This document shows positions 11,933 through 24,945 of a stretch of 64,000 nucleotides of DNA, piece by piece. The notes under the pieces were generated by a model. That model was given only the letters and a program-made list of their open reading frames with translations. It searched no databases and had not been told where the DNA came from. The position numbers and the translations under genes are program-made. Origin of the DNA: Balanoglossus misakiensis (lineage: Eukaryota > Animalia > Hemichordata); the NCBI GenBank assembly GCA_040954595.2, contig CM082588.2, positions 6,088,202 to 6,152,201 on the forward strand, read 5' to 3'. Within the stretch, counting starts at the first letter, position 1. Every line of letters begins with the position of its first letter.

Positions 11933-14390
11933 TCAGTCCGTGGTAAGACTGACCAAGAGTCGTCTCTCCCCAGTAAATCCCAATCTGGCGTGGCTCACAT
12001 AGATGTTATCCACCGCAAGGATATCACCCCTTTGCATCTGAAATCCAACCGACACTTCCCATAATACGTCCCGAACGTGCTGTATATCCTTGGCTTCGAT
12101 GTCACTTCCGTCGCCGTAGTAACAGTGGAAAGGGTACTTTTCGTCAGGGATATCCAGATGAGCCCACATCGGGTGGTCTTTAAAGTACGAGGAGTGATGA
12201 GTGTGGAAGTGATTGAACCAAGCTTGTTGCCCTAGTAATAAAATGGTTAATACAAAGTATTTAGAAGGATGCTGCCATTGTACCATCTGTTGTATGTATA
12301 TGCACAACTTATGACTAAAAGATGTAATGTGTCATTTATCTTTAGCGTTTGACTGCTTCCTCTGTCAACTCAGAGATACTAGACTAGTGGATATATGCAA
12401 GTAAACAACAATATATATGTTATAATGCATAATATCATCTGTTGTGCGAACTTCGACATTTTGGTTCGCGTTCCATGCCCACCTGTTTTTGGATGAGTTA
12501 CGAAGCCAGGATGGTTATACCAATAGACCAGGGCGCCATCTTCCTCCCAACAATATGCTCTTCCGTGTTCAACCAAGAATCTCTCAACGTCTGCCTTGTT
12601 TTCTGTGAGGAAACTCTTTGGATACACAAAAGCAGATGTGTAAAACGTGAACCCTGACACCCTGCTGGTCCAGGATGTCATTAGTGAGTGGGCCCGTGTT
12701 CAAGAGTTTGCCCTCGCCATTTTAGCCTCCGCATCTACTTTCCACAATTTCATATCCAATATTTGCATCAGATGTACATACCGTAACGTATCGTATATTT
12801 TAGCCTCGTCTTTTGCAAATTACTCGATGTAGGCCTAGCACTGACAGATTCCTGTTTGTTGGCGTTCAGTGCATCGTACCAGAGTGTACCCAGGCCCCCG
12901 GTCGTGTATCTTCTATTTTTTGTGATACTTTTAAGTAAGGAAGGTGTATAGGTACATCTCATGTCCCCGATTCCGTGTGCCTCAGGTAATGTCTTCACCA
13001 TAGTGACCATGGGAAATAGGTATTTTATAACTTTCCGGGATGTAAATTGTTACCTGTTGCCAAGTTGTGTACCCGCCCGGTTCCGTCGACGGCAGATACC
13101 GATAATATCTAATGCCCACGCGTCTCACTTTCTCCACCAGTTCAGGATCCAATTTTGCCAAAACATCTCTGCCGTCACTGATGACGCTTTCCCCTCCACG
13201 ACCCGGAAGTGGTGGTATGTCACAATAGAAGAACAGCTGAAATAAGTGAAGAAATAAATACTCCATCTGCTCGTTAAATCGACAGAAAACAACTCGTTGA
13301 ATCGTTAAGTCAGCCAATGGCCGTGTGACCTAAGTCCTTGATGTGCCAATGTCTCGCCTCAGTAAGGTCACCGAGCGGCCAGCGCCAGTGTTTAATGACA
13401 TTCAACCACTGCTCAGTCACGGTGACCTTAGCAGGCCACAAGGGTAGACACCACCACATTAAAAGTGCGCTGTCACAGCTAGTGACCTACATAGCATTCC
13501 CAGGGAAACATAACATATCCAATTTGTCTGTGTCTGCGTGTATAGCGGTGAAAGTGCACAGTGCCCTTGATCATTCGCCAAATCACTTTTTAAAGCCATG
13601 CTTCAGTACTTCAATGTAAAATATGCGCCTCGGGTACACATTTAAAATGAAATAGTGATAGATTCTTTGATATGTCAAAGTGTGTGTGGAGTCCTTATAA
13701 AGAGAAAGAAGAAAATAGACTGGTTATGAACTAGTCCAATTGACAATAACACAATTGGAGTGGGTACATATCTGCCCTTCTATCCTATCCACAAACGCCA
13801 TACACAGAATAGCATGCCAAGTATACTAACACGCGTTTTACCTTCGTCGGAAAAGTATTCGAATACGCCATTTCGTTGTGAGGTTCGATGGAGTATTCAG
13901 ACGTGTCGTCACTGGCCGTCATGACACCTTCACCGACCTGGTGTCTGACGGCGAGGCCACCTACATACGCCATCGGCGTATACCTAAGGCCTCGCACGAA
14001 CCGCGAGAAATCGCCGTTCAACTGCAAACCACGGAAGAGGAGAGCGCCGTGGATGTGCAAATCGTGCTCAATAATTCCACGAGCTTCTTTTGCCAAATCA
14101 GCTACAGACGCCACATCGTGCTCAGAAGAACCGGGGACTGTGTACATCGCAGGAAAGTTATCTCTTGGACTCGCTACGTAGTCTGGAAATCGGTGTCCCT
14201 CGTTCAATGCACCGGGAAGCCACTTTCTTCCCGCTATCACTGCTGCTGTCTGAGGTGGAACATCGACTCGTCGGTTGTACTCGTAATACTTCAATTTCGT
14301 CACACATCGTGTGCTCATCGAAAATTGGCGTTTTCCAATTGATGTCGACCGTCGCGAGACTTCTCGGAAAAGACCACAAACCCACTCCAT
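11933..14390 (-). CDS. DdaC/SyrP-like dioxygenase paralog D (about 387 aa)
   Basis: Exons 14390-13842 (alternative ATG at 14435), 13236-13054, 12615-12483 (AAG acceptor), 12231-11933. SIEPHNE and DNIYVSHARLGFTGERRL motifs. Confidence 0.9.
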
Positions 14391-14838
14391 GGCTGCTGTG
14401 TTGTGTAGCGGTCCGAAGTCGCTGGATCTGCGCATGTGTGTTATGGGGATTCCCTTGGTCGTCAATAGGTCAAGTCAATCTCCGTGATGCGAAACGTTGC
14501 AGTATTCCTGTTACACAAATCGAGCTTTTTGAAATGATCAAGGTATTCTCAACTTTTCACAACTTTCACCTCAGCGAAAACTCCCAGGTTTCACGAATGC
14601 GTCAACTCTGGCATAGATTCCATGGTGTCTGCCAGAACAAAGTTTATACGAGCATTTGTTACGTCAAGTGATGAAATAACCTCAGAGTAAGTGAAGAAAT
14701 TTATTTAAAAAAAAAAACGTTCACATCAAAAGTACCTTTTGATGCGTGATTTGCCTTTAGGGGATTTGGACCCCGACATACCGCAGCAAGCAAGTTCGCG
14801 CTGACCGCCGGTTTTATACTTGTAAACTACAGCAGTCG

Positions 14839-16172
14839 AATCGTATGTAAGAACCTTGGTGATCGGCCACGTGTATAAAATCCTAGAACCTTGGTAATCG
14901 GCCCCGTGTATAAAATCCTATTTAAGAACCTTGGTGATCGGCCACGTGTATAAAATCGTATGTAAGAACCTTGGTGATCGGCCCCGTGTATAAAATCCTA
15001 TCTAAGAACCTTGGTGATCGGCCCCGTGTATAAAATCCTATTTAAGAACTTTAGTGATCGGCCCCGTGTATAAAATCCTATGTAAGAACCTTGGTGGTCG
15101 GCCCCGTGTATAAAATCCTATCTAAGAACCTTGGTGGTCGGCCACGTGTATAAAATCGTATGTAAGAACCTTGGTGATCGGCCCCGTGTATAAAATTCTA
15201 TCTAAGAACCTTGGTGATCGGCCCCGTGTATAAAATCCTATCTAAGAACCTTGGTGATCGGCCCCGTGTATAAAATCCTATTTAAGAACTTTAGTGATCG
15301 GCCCCGTGTATAAAATCCTATGTAAGAACCTTGGTGGTCGGCCCCGTGTATAAAATCGTATCTAAGAACCTTGGTGATCGGCCCCGTGTATAAAATCCTA
15401 TCTAAGAACCTTGGTGATCGGCCCCGTGTATAAAATCCTATCTAAGAACCTTGGTGATCGGCCCCGTGTATAAAATCCTATCTAAGAACCTTGGTGGTCG
15501 GCCACGTGTATAAAATCGTATCTAAGAACCTTGGTGATCGGCCCCGTGTATAAAATCCTATCTAAGAACCTTGGTGATCCGCCACGTGTATAAAATCCTA
15601 TCTAAGAACCTTGGTGATCGGCCCCGTGTATAAAATCCTATCTAAGAACTTTGGTGATCCGCCACGTGTATAAAATCCTATCTAAGAACCTTGGTGGTCG
15701 GCCACGTGTATAAAATCCTATCTAAGAACCTTGGTGATCGGCCCCGTGTATAAAATCCTATCTAAGAACCTTGGTGATCCGCCACGTGTATAAAATCCTA
15801 TCTAAGAACCTTGGTGGTCGGCCACGTGTATAAAATCGTATCTAAGAACCTTGGTGATCGGCCCCGTGTATAAAATCCTATCTAAGAACCTTGGTGATCG
15901 GCCCCGTGTATAAAATCCTATCTAAGAACCTTGGTGATCGGCCCCGTGTATAAAATCCTATCTAAGAACCTTGGTGATCGGCCCCGTGTATAAAATCCTA
16001 TCTAAGAACCTTGGTGGTCGGCCACGTGTATAAAATCGTATCTAAGAACCTTGGTGATCGGCCCCGTGTATAAAATCCTATCTAAGAACCTTGGTGATCC
16101 GCCACGTGTATAAAATCCTATCTAAGAACCTTGGTGATCCGCCACGTGTATAAAATCGTATGTAAGAACCTT
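14839..16172. repeat. 40-bp minisatellite, about 33 units
   Basis: Head-to-tail unit taagaaccttggtgatcggccccgtgtataaaatcctatc with few variant positions and no unique spacers. Confidence 0.97.
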
Positions 16173-16195
16173 ATACTACTTAACAATAACAATAG

Positions 16196-16526
16196 TTCGA
16201 CACTAGCAAAACTGATGGGCAATTGAAGAAAACGGCAAGTACTGTGAGGATGAGAAAATATCTGCCGGATTTTAAATTCACGTCCATCAGAGAAGGTTAG
16301 TATTCCATTTACAGGAAGAGATAAGTTGTGACAATGTTATGTTTAACGACTTTTTAAAAATGCAATGGCTCCAGACGTGTGATTGGTCTTTTCTGTCATG
16401 AAACGATGTGCGTAGTATACAATTTGTTAATCGATTCCCAAAATTAATAACCAAAATTGGTTTGTTGCAGGAATTAAAGAGTCTGTTGAATGGTTCATGA
16501 AGAACTATGACACCGCTCGAAAGTAA
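16196..16526 (+). CDS. GFUS: Last two exons of GDP-L-fucose synthase (partial gene or orphan fragment)
   Basis: Exons 16196-16295 and 16471-16526 (AG/GT, AG/stop) give FDTSKTDGQLKKTASTVRMRKYLPDFKFTSIRE-GIKESVEWFMKNYDTARK*. This matches the C-terminus of animal GFUS/TSTA3 as I recall it ([51 protein letters not shown]). No upstream exons were found in the window. Confidence 0.85.
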
Positions 16527-16590
16527 TCTATACATGTATTGGAACTAGAATAAGCTTGTGGGGATACTTGAATTGACTTTGGAGACAATC

Positions 16591-16712
<122 letters not shown>

Positions 16713-17477
16713 AGATACTTTCTTACTTACTCATATACGTTTTTATTCATTCATTCATTCATTCATTCATTTATTCATTTATGCAGTCGGGCTCCGGGTA
16801 ACGGTATACATGTAGACGTTACTGCATTAGAGAATACAAAACACACAGAAACCTGTTATGAACTGAATTTGCATCCGTGTCGATGTCCTGAAAGAATTAT
16901 GTATGTGATTATGCAAATTGTGTATAAAAATTATGACATTCATGAATACAACATTTTGGGGCAGTATTTTAATATATATCTCATATTTGGTAGATACATA
17001 TTCACTGTAGTAACTTTAGAAATAAATCATAAAACTGCGAAAAGTCATTAAATATGTAAATTTATAGTTACTTAATACAACAATGCTAAATAACCCAGGT
17101 AGCAAAGTAGTCACTTGGTCATTTAAATAACTACTTTTCTGCATGAAAATTTTGAAATCAAGGAACACCACAAGAGCCGAGCTCTACTGACGATCGGCGA
17201 AACGTAGTGATTATGGCACGTCATTTAAATTTTAGCTTCTTCATCAACGTCAGCAAAATGAAATCTTAAGGGAACCTGAAAATTCACCAGTATTACTCGC
17301 TATCGCCAGTGATATTCATTGACCCCATGACTAACACTCCCTACGTTTATACTACGCTGTATGACAAGAGAGATAGCTTCGAGTTCACTATCATTTTCCA
17401 AACACCATTTTGGTGTGTTGAATAGAGCCAATATATTCGGAGAATGCATGGGTTGTTTAGATTTAGGCCATGCTACG

Positions 17478-18502
17478 TGTTACGACACACCCTGTTTAGT
17501 TGCTTGGTCAAGAGAGGGGTAGCTTTTCTTTGCATAACAAAAGGCCCTGCCTTTTCAACTAGCTTCATTTAAATATTAGTAATAACCAGATGGTCACCCA
17601 TATAAAAGGCATTCTCACAAAAACCACGAGGAACACTTCTCAACACTGCCTGGGAGGAGCACGTCACTCCACATCTCCTTGGGAATTAGGAATTTACCTA
17701 GCTGGTCTGGACTCAGTGAGCAACGGACTTTGTGTGAGCAACGGACTACTGTGCCTTGGTGAAGCTTGAGTTCGGCCAGGACTTTTGTGGACTCAATAGT
17801 AACTCCTCGACCAAGCAGGGTAAATACACATAGCACATTTTTTTCTGTGAGACCTTTTGATTTTAGAAGGCTAGTTGTTCAATTAAATATTCTGTTGTTG
17901 AACTACAGACTCCATTGTGTGCTCCCGTTTTTTTCTACCGTAACAGAAATTGGGGGCTCGTCCGGGAGCTGAATATCATTGTAAAGGCTCTTGTTGAACA
18001 AGGGAAATTTGGGGTTGAAGCACTGGAAATTGTTGAATCTAAGCATGAAGGTGATACGGTTAAAATAAGGCGGTTGGAGTTGGATCACCAGTATAGAATG
18101 ATGCAATTGGAATATAAAGAAAGAGAAAGACAAAAAGAATTAGAAATTCAGGAAATGAAATTTAGAACGGGTAAGCAGGAGACAACTGAGATTGGGGACA
18201 GACAAAATTCATCAGTGGGGTCCTTTCCTTATTTTGATGCAGCAAAGTATGTTCGACTGGTTCCTCAGTTTCATGAAAAGGAGGTCGACAATTATTTCCA
18301 GCATTTTGAAAAAATTGCTTACAGTCTTAAATGGCCAAAAGATGTTTGGACCATACTGTTGCAGAGCGTCTTGATTGGAAAAGCTCGTGAAGCATTCACT
18401 GCCTTACCTCTTGATCAAAGTAGCGATTACGATCGTGTTAAAGAAGTATTTCTCAAGTCATACGACGTAAAGCAAAGCAACTATGCTTTTTCTACCGTAA
18501 CA
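17478..18502 (+). mobile_element. Internally deleted Gypsy/Ty3 LTR retrotransposon
   Basis: 5' LTR 17478-17945 (TGTTACG...CGTAACA, TATAAAA at 17601). PBS TGGGGGCTCGTCCGGGA at 17951-17967. Gag fragment follows. Only the terminal tttttctaccgtaaca of the 3' LTR remains (to 18502). 4-bp TSD TACG at 17474-17477 and 18503-18506. Confidence 0.88.
17970..18463 (+). pseudogene. Gypsy gag fragment (capsid region, type related to SCAN/Gmr1-like gags)
   Basis: Coiled-coil E/K-rich stretch, then FDAAKYVRLVPQFHEKEVDNYFQHFEKIAYSLKWPKDVWTILLQSVLIGKAREAF...YDRVKEVFLKSY. Truncated at both ends. Confidence 0.8.
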
Positions 18503-19689
18503 TACGTTTCTTACTTGAAGGCGTTCGAAGTGTATTTTGACCATGAGGCGGCGCTCGACCACGCGACTGTGATAACATTGACACGGATGTCTGAAATGAG
18601 TCGTTATCACAACAGCGCCATCAATGCAGGGGGAAAATGCACTGTCGTGACGGTGTGCGCAAAGGTGAAAGATCGGTTTCACTGAGCATGGAGACCACGT
18701 CATGTTTGTAGAGCATAAGCTATGCTCAGGCACAGGCATGCAGATTTGCCTGATAACACAGAACGCCTTTACTTTGTGACTTTGCTTAAATACCACATAT
18801 GTTAGGAAACGTACCGGGTACTTGTATTCTCCAGCCAATATCTCTGAGGTGAAAATGTTAATTACTCCAACTGTATGTTCACCACCCTTTGGCCACTAAG
18901 GAATACCTCTAAGGTCAGTTATCCAGAAAACTATAAATCAAACGTCAACACAATACCGTTTCAAGGGACACCCCTTTTCTAAGGCTGGTTAAACAAAGTT
19001 TATTGTACTTAGCTCTTCAAGTACGCAAATGTTCGACCACAGTTCACATATAAATCTAACGTCGCAGTCACTTGACATGTATGTACTGCGCCTGACCGTT
19101 CGTCATTTTCAGATGGCTTGGAGAGGTACGCGATACTTCTTCGATGATCGTCAGTTACACCACTTGAAGCGTACGTTCTCGTATAATTAAAAATTCTTTA
19201 TAGGCTATAAAACATTAAATTTCATTGTGATTTAATTGTTCCGTTACATTGGTTTGTAATTCAAGGATTGTGCACCAAAACGGTGAGTTCTGCTAACTTT
19301 GATCATTTCACTGGGATTTAGTCTAGCGCCTCAATGAAACATGACTGCTTTTACAACTTACCATAATGCCAGTCATTGTGACAGCCGCCCTCTTTCGACC
19401 GAAATCACGAACAGCAGACGATATTGGTTAGTGTCCTTGTGAGAGTCGCCCTCTTTCGATCGAAATCAGGAACAGCAGACGACAACGGTTAGTTTAGTTT
19501 CGTTACATCACTGAAGTCAAGAGTACTAGTCGGGCACTTGAAATTAAAATTTTCTTTCTCGGGCAAAAACTATGGTACGATGTTTTTTTTTATAAAAAAC
19601 ATCTAAATACTATAATTTTCAATACATTTGATTGATAACTGATGCTTAAGGTCGAGCAACTTAAAGCAGGTGTCTATCTGACCGCGTAG

Positions 19690-22600
19690 ACGTGGTGGTC
19701 AGAAAGCAAAGAATTGTTTGGTGAAACCAAGGTAACTGTGCCGATAAATACACTTGCCACTATTTCTCGATAAAAAGATCGATTTCAGTCCAGTGTTTAA
19801 GTGTCTATACATAAAATTAAAATTAACACCCCGTTTATAATGTTTGAAAACATTAATTATCTCTAGAAGATAAACGAGTAAATTATCCAGGCAGTTATTA
19901 TGCTATTCATAATACGGCATTTCACCTCTGTACATATAGAGAACTCAGCTACCATGTTATTGCTCCTAAGTGGACCCATTGCCGCATGCCGACCGTTTCG
20001 GGATTTTCCGCACGTAATCAGGACCTATGTATAAGAATTGCCATAAAATTTCACTGTCCTTGGGGACTGTTTACTTTAGGATAGCTGCCTAAATCAGAAA
20101 ACAACTTGTACGTTATCTTTTGACGAATTGCCAAACATTCCTAAAAACGGCCGTTTAGTTTTTCGCATCTTAGTGAACAATGTGCCATAAAACAATAAAA
20201 TGCTGGGGCTTTGGAAATTTTAATCTTGGGTGCTGTTTACTTTAGGATAGCTACCTAAATCAGAAAACAACTTGTACGTTATCTTTTGGGGAATTGCCAA
20301 ACATTCCTAAAAACGGCCGTTTAGTTTTTCGCATCTTAGTGAACAATGTGCCATAAAACAATAAAATGCTGGGGCTTTGGAAATTTTAATCTTGGGTGCT
20401 GTTTACTTTAGGATAGCTACCTAAATCAGAAAACAACTTGTACGTTATCTTTTGGGGAATTGCCAAACATTCCTAAAAATGGCTGATTAGTATTTCGCAT
20501 CTTAGTGAACAATGTGCCATAAAACAATAAAATGCTGGAGCTTTGGCAATTTAATCTTGGGTACTGTTTACTTTAGGATAGCTGCGCAAACCCGAAAACA
20601 ACTTGTACGTTATCTTTTTACGAATTCGTCCATTTATGACAGTGTCTGAAAAATGGCGCCTATGTGGGTCCTGACCTCTATATTCAGAAGAGTATCAATT
20701 TTAGACCAGCAGGCGCTAGGCTGATTACATTTGAACACAAGGTGGTAAAACGCGGACAAACAGTTCCAACTTTCCCCGTCTACATAAAAATGAAAAATAT
20801 AGTCTGATAAAAATAATTCCTATACACTAAACCTTGCTTAAGCTTGTTTGTTCTAGTGTCGTTTTATGCCTAGAAACCATGCACCCAGTCGGAAGTTGCT
20901 CGGTAGAAACACAACAAAGAACAGTGAGTGCTTTTGCATTTTATTGCAACTCAGTAATCCCGGTATTAAAAAGAACAATCACAGACGTCAAAGGCCTACA
21001 ATATGTTTACACATCATTAGCCTTACGGTATAATACTTTGTAGAATGTTAACTCTTTTATGGCAACTGACTGTGTTAACGTGGTGGTCAGCAGGCGAAGT
21101 ATTGATTCGTGAAACCAGGGTAACTCTTCTAACAAATACCTGCCACTATTTCTCACTATAAAGATCGCTTTCAGTCCAGTGTTTAAGTGTCATTCCAAAC
21201 TCAAACTTTGCATAAGTAGTCAGGGCCTATGTTTAATGTATAAGAGTTACCATAAAATGTTATTGTTCTTTGTTTACTTTGGAATAGCTGCTCAAAGCAG
21301 AAGTGAACATGTATGGTATCTTTTAGGGGAATTTCCAATGATTCCTACGATCGCATGTTTTGCATTTCGTATCTTGCTGAACAATGTACCATAAAACTAT
21401 TAAATGCAGGTTCTTTGGTATTTCGAGTCTTATAGATTTTTACTTTATGATAGCTGCCCAAATCAGAAAACAACTTCAATCAATCAATCAAAAACATTTA
21501 TATGACGCCAATATCCAGAGAACTGTTCAGTGGCGCCCGATGGTTGTTCACACACTGTAGGCTGTTTTAAACTTGTACGTTATCTTTTGGGGAATTGCCA
21601 AACATTCCTAAAAACGGCTGATTAGTATTTCACATCAATTGAACAATGTGCCATAAAACAATAAAATGGAGGGGCCTTGGGAATTTTTTTATCTTGGGGA
21701 CTGTTTACTTTAGGATGGCTACCTAAATCAGAAAACAACTTGTACGTTATCTTTTGGGGAATTGCCAAACATTCCTAAAAATGGCTGATTAGTATTTCAC
21801 ATCTTAGTGAACAATTTGCCATAAAACAATAAAATGCTGGGGCTTTGGCAATTTAATCTTGGGTACTGTTTACTTTAGGATAGCTGCGCAAACCCGAAAA
21901 CAACTTGTACGTTATCTTTTTACGAATTCGTCGATTTATGACAGTGTCTGAAAAATGGCGCCTATGTGGGTCCTGACCTCTATATTCAGAAGAGTATCAA
22001 TTTTAGACCAGCAGGCGGATTACATTTGAACGCAAGGTGGTAAAACGCGGACAAACAGATCCAACTTTCCCCGTCTACATTAAAATGAAAAATATAGTCT
22101 GATAAAAAATAATTCCTATACACTAAACCTTGCTTAAGCTTGTTTGTTCTAGTGTCGTTTTATGCCTAGAAACCATGCACCCAGTCGGAAGTTGCTCGGT
22201 AGAAACACAACAAAGAACAGTGAGTGCTTTTGCATTTTATTGCAACTCGGTAATCCCGGTATTAAAAAGAACAATCACAGACGTCAAAGGCATACAATGT
22301 GTTTACACATCATTAGCCTTATGGTTTAGTGCTTTCTAGAATGTTAACTTTTTATGGCAAACTGACTGTGTTAACGTGGTGGTCAGCAGGCGAAGTATTG
22401 ATTCGTGAAACCAAGGTAACTCTTCTAACAAATACCTGCCACTATTTCTCACTATAAAGATCGCTTTCAGTCCAGTGTTTAAGTGTCATTCCAAACTCAA
22501 ACTTTGCATAAGTAGTCAGGGCCTATGTTTAATGTATAAGAGTTACCATAAAATGTTATTGTCCTTTGTTTACTTTGGAATAGCTGCTCGAAGCAGAAGT

Positions 22601-24945
22601 GAACATGTATGGTATCTTTAGGGTAATTTACAATGATTCCTACGATCGCATGTTTTGCATTTCGTATCTTGCTGAACAATGTACCATAAAACTATTAAAT
22701 GCAGGTCTATAGTTATTTCGAATCTTGAGGAGGGTTTAACTTAGGGGAGCCAAGTGTCAACTTGTGCGGTATCTTTTGGATAATTGCCAGTTGATTCCTA
22801 CAAGGGCATGTTTTGTATTTCTTATTTTTCTGAACAATGTACCATAAAACTATTAAATGCAGGTTCTTTGGTATTTCGAGTCTTATAGATTTTTACTTTA
22901 TGATAGCTGCCCAAATCAGAAAACAACTTCAATCAATCAATCAAAAACATTTATATGACGCCAATATCCAGAGAACTGTTCAGTGGCGCCCGATGGTTGT
23001 TCACACACTGTAGGCTGTTTTAAACTTGTACGTTATCTTTTGGGGAATTGCCAAACATTCCTAAAAACGGCTGATTAGTATTTCACATCGTATTGAACAA
23101 TTTGCCATAAAACAATAAAATGGAGGGGCTTTGGCAATTTTTATCTTAGGGACTTTTACTTTAGGATAGCTTTTACTTTAGGATAGCTGCGCAAACCCAA
23201 AAACAACTTGTACGTTATCTTTTGGGGAATTGCCAAACATTCCTAAAAACGGCTGATTAGTATTTCACATCGCATTGAACAATTTGCCATAAAACAATAA
23301 AATGGAGGGGCTTTGGCAATTTTTATCTTAGGGACTGTTTACTTTAGGATAGCTGCGCAAACCAGAAAACAACTTGTACGTTATCTTTTTATGAATTCGT
23401 CGATTTATGACAGTGTCTGAAACCCCATGTGGGTCCTGACCTTTATATTGAGAAGAGTGTCAATTTTAGACCAGCAGGCGGATTACATTTGAACGCAAGG
23501 TGGTAAAACGCGGACAAACAGTTCCAACTTTCCCCGTCTACATTAAAATGAAAAATATAGTCTGACAAAAAATAATTCCTATACACTAAACCTTGCTTAA
23601 GCTTGTTTGTTCTAGTGTCGTTTTATGCCTAGAAACCATGCACCCAGTCGGAATTTGCTCGGTAGAAACACAACAAAGAACAGTGAGTGCTTTTGCATTT
23701 TATTGCAACTCAGTAATCCCGGTATTAAAAAGAACAATCACAGACGTCAAAGGCCTACAATATGTTTACACATCATTAGCCTTACGGTATAATACTTTGT
23801 AGAATGTTAACTCTTTTATGGCAACTGACTGTGTTAACGTGGTGGTCAGCAGGCGAAGTATTGATTCGTGAAACCAAGGTAACTCTTCTAACAAATACCT
23901 GCCACTATTTCTCACTATAAAGATCGCTTTCAGTCCAGTGTTTAAGTGTCATTCCAAACTCAAACTTTGCATAAGTAGTCAGGGCATATGTTTAATGTAT
24001 AAGAGTTACCATAAAATGTTATTGTCCTTTGTTTACTTTGGAATAGCTGCTCGAAGCAGAAGTGAACATGTATGGTATCTTTAGGGTAATTTACAATGAT
24101 TCCTACGATCGCATGTTTTGTATTTCGTATCTTTCTGAACAATGTACCATAAAACTATTAAATGCAGGTCTATAGTTATTTCGAATCTTGAGGAGGGTTT
24201 AACTTAGGGGAGCCAAGTGTCAACTTGTGCGGTATCGTTTGGATAATTGCCAGTTAATTCCTACAAGGGCATGTTTTGTATTTCTTATTTTTCTGAACAA
24301 TGTACCATAAAACTATTAAATGCGGGTTCTTTGGTATTTCGAGTCTTATACATGTTTACTTTATGATAGCTGCACAAATCAGAAAACAACTTGTACGTTA
24401 TCTTTTGGGGGGAATTGCCAAACATTCCTAAAAACGGCTGATTAGTATTTCGCATCGCATTGAACAATGTGCCATAAAACAATAAAATGGAGGGGCTTTG
24501 GGAATTTTAATCTTGGGGACTGTTTAGTTTATGATAGCTGCCCAAATCAGAAAACAACTTGTACACTGTCTTTTGAGGAATTGGTTGACCTGTACTACTA
24601 GTAGTGTCCGAAAAAGGCCGCCTATGTGGCTCCTGACCTTTATATTGAGAAGAGTTAAATTGTAGACCGGCAGGCGGATTACATTTGAACGCAAGGTGGT
24701 AAAACGCGGACAAACAGTTCATGCTTTCCTCGTCCACGTAATTATGAAAATCACAGTCTGATGTACATTCAAACCATGTCACTTATTTTTTAGTGCTGTT
24801 TTATGCCTAGAAACCATGCACTCAATACCAAGTCGAAACACAACAAAGGAGAGTGGGTGTTTTTGAGTTTTATTACAACTCGGTAAATACAAACATCACA
24901 AGGCATATATATGCATACAGTATTAGCGCTACGGTATAATACTTT
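19690..24945. repeat. Complex satellite: about 167-bp monomers within about 1.3-1.46-kb higher-order repeats
   Basis: Monomer core gtttactttaggatagct..aatcagaaaacaacttgtacgttatcttttggggaattgccaaacattcc recurs at 167-bp steps. A unique spacer block recurs at 20834, 22130 and 23593 (periods 1296 and 1463). Confidence 0.92.

Noticed and set aside
14839-16172. CRISPR-like regular array
   Set aside because: Units are contiguous 40-mers without unique spacers, no cas genes are present, and the context is eukaryotic.
20834-24142. Repeated 60-70 aa ORFs (MLKLVCSS..., MFSKIRN...) as a gene family
   Set aside because: They are by-products of the higher-order satellite, with non-ATG starts and no recognisable domain.
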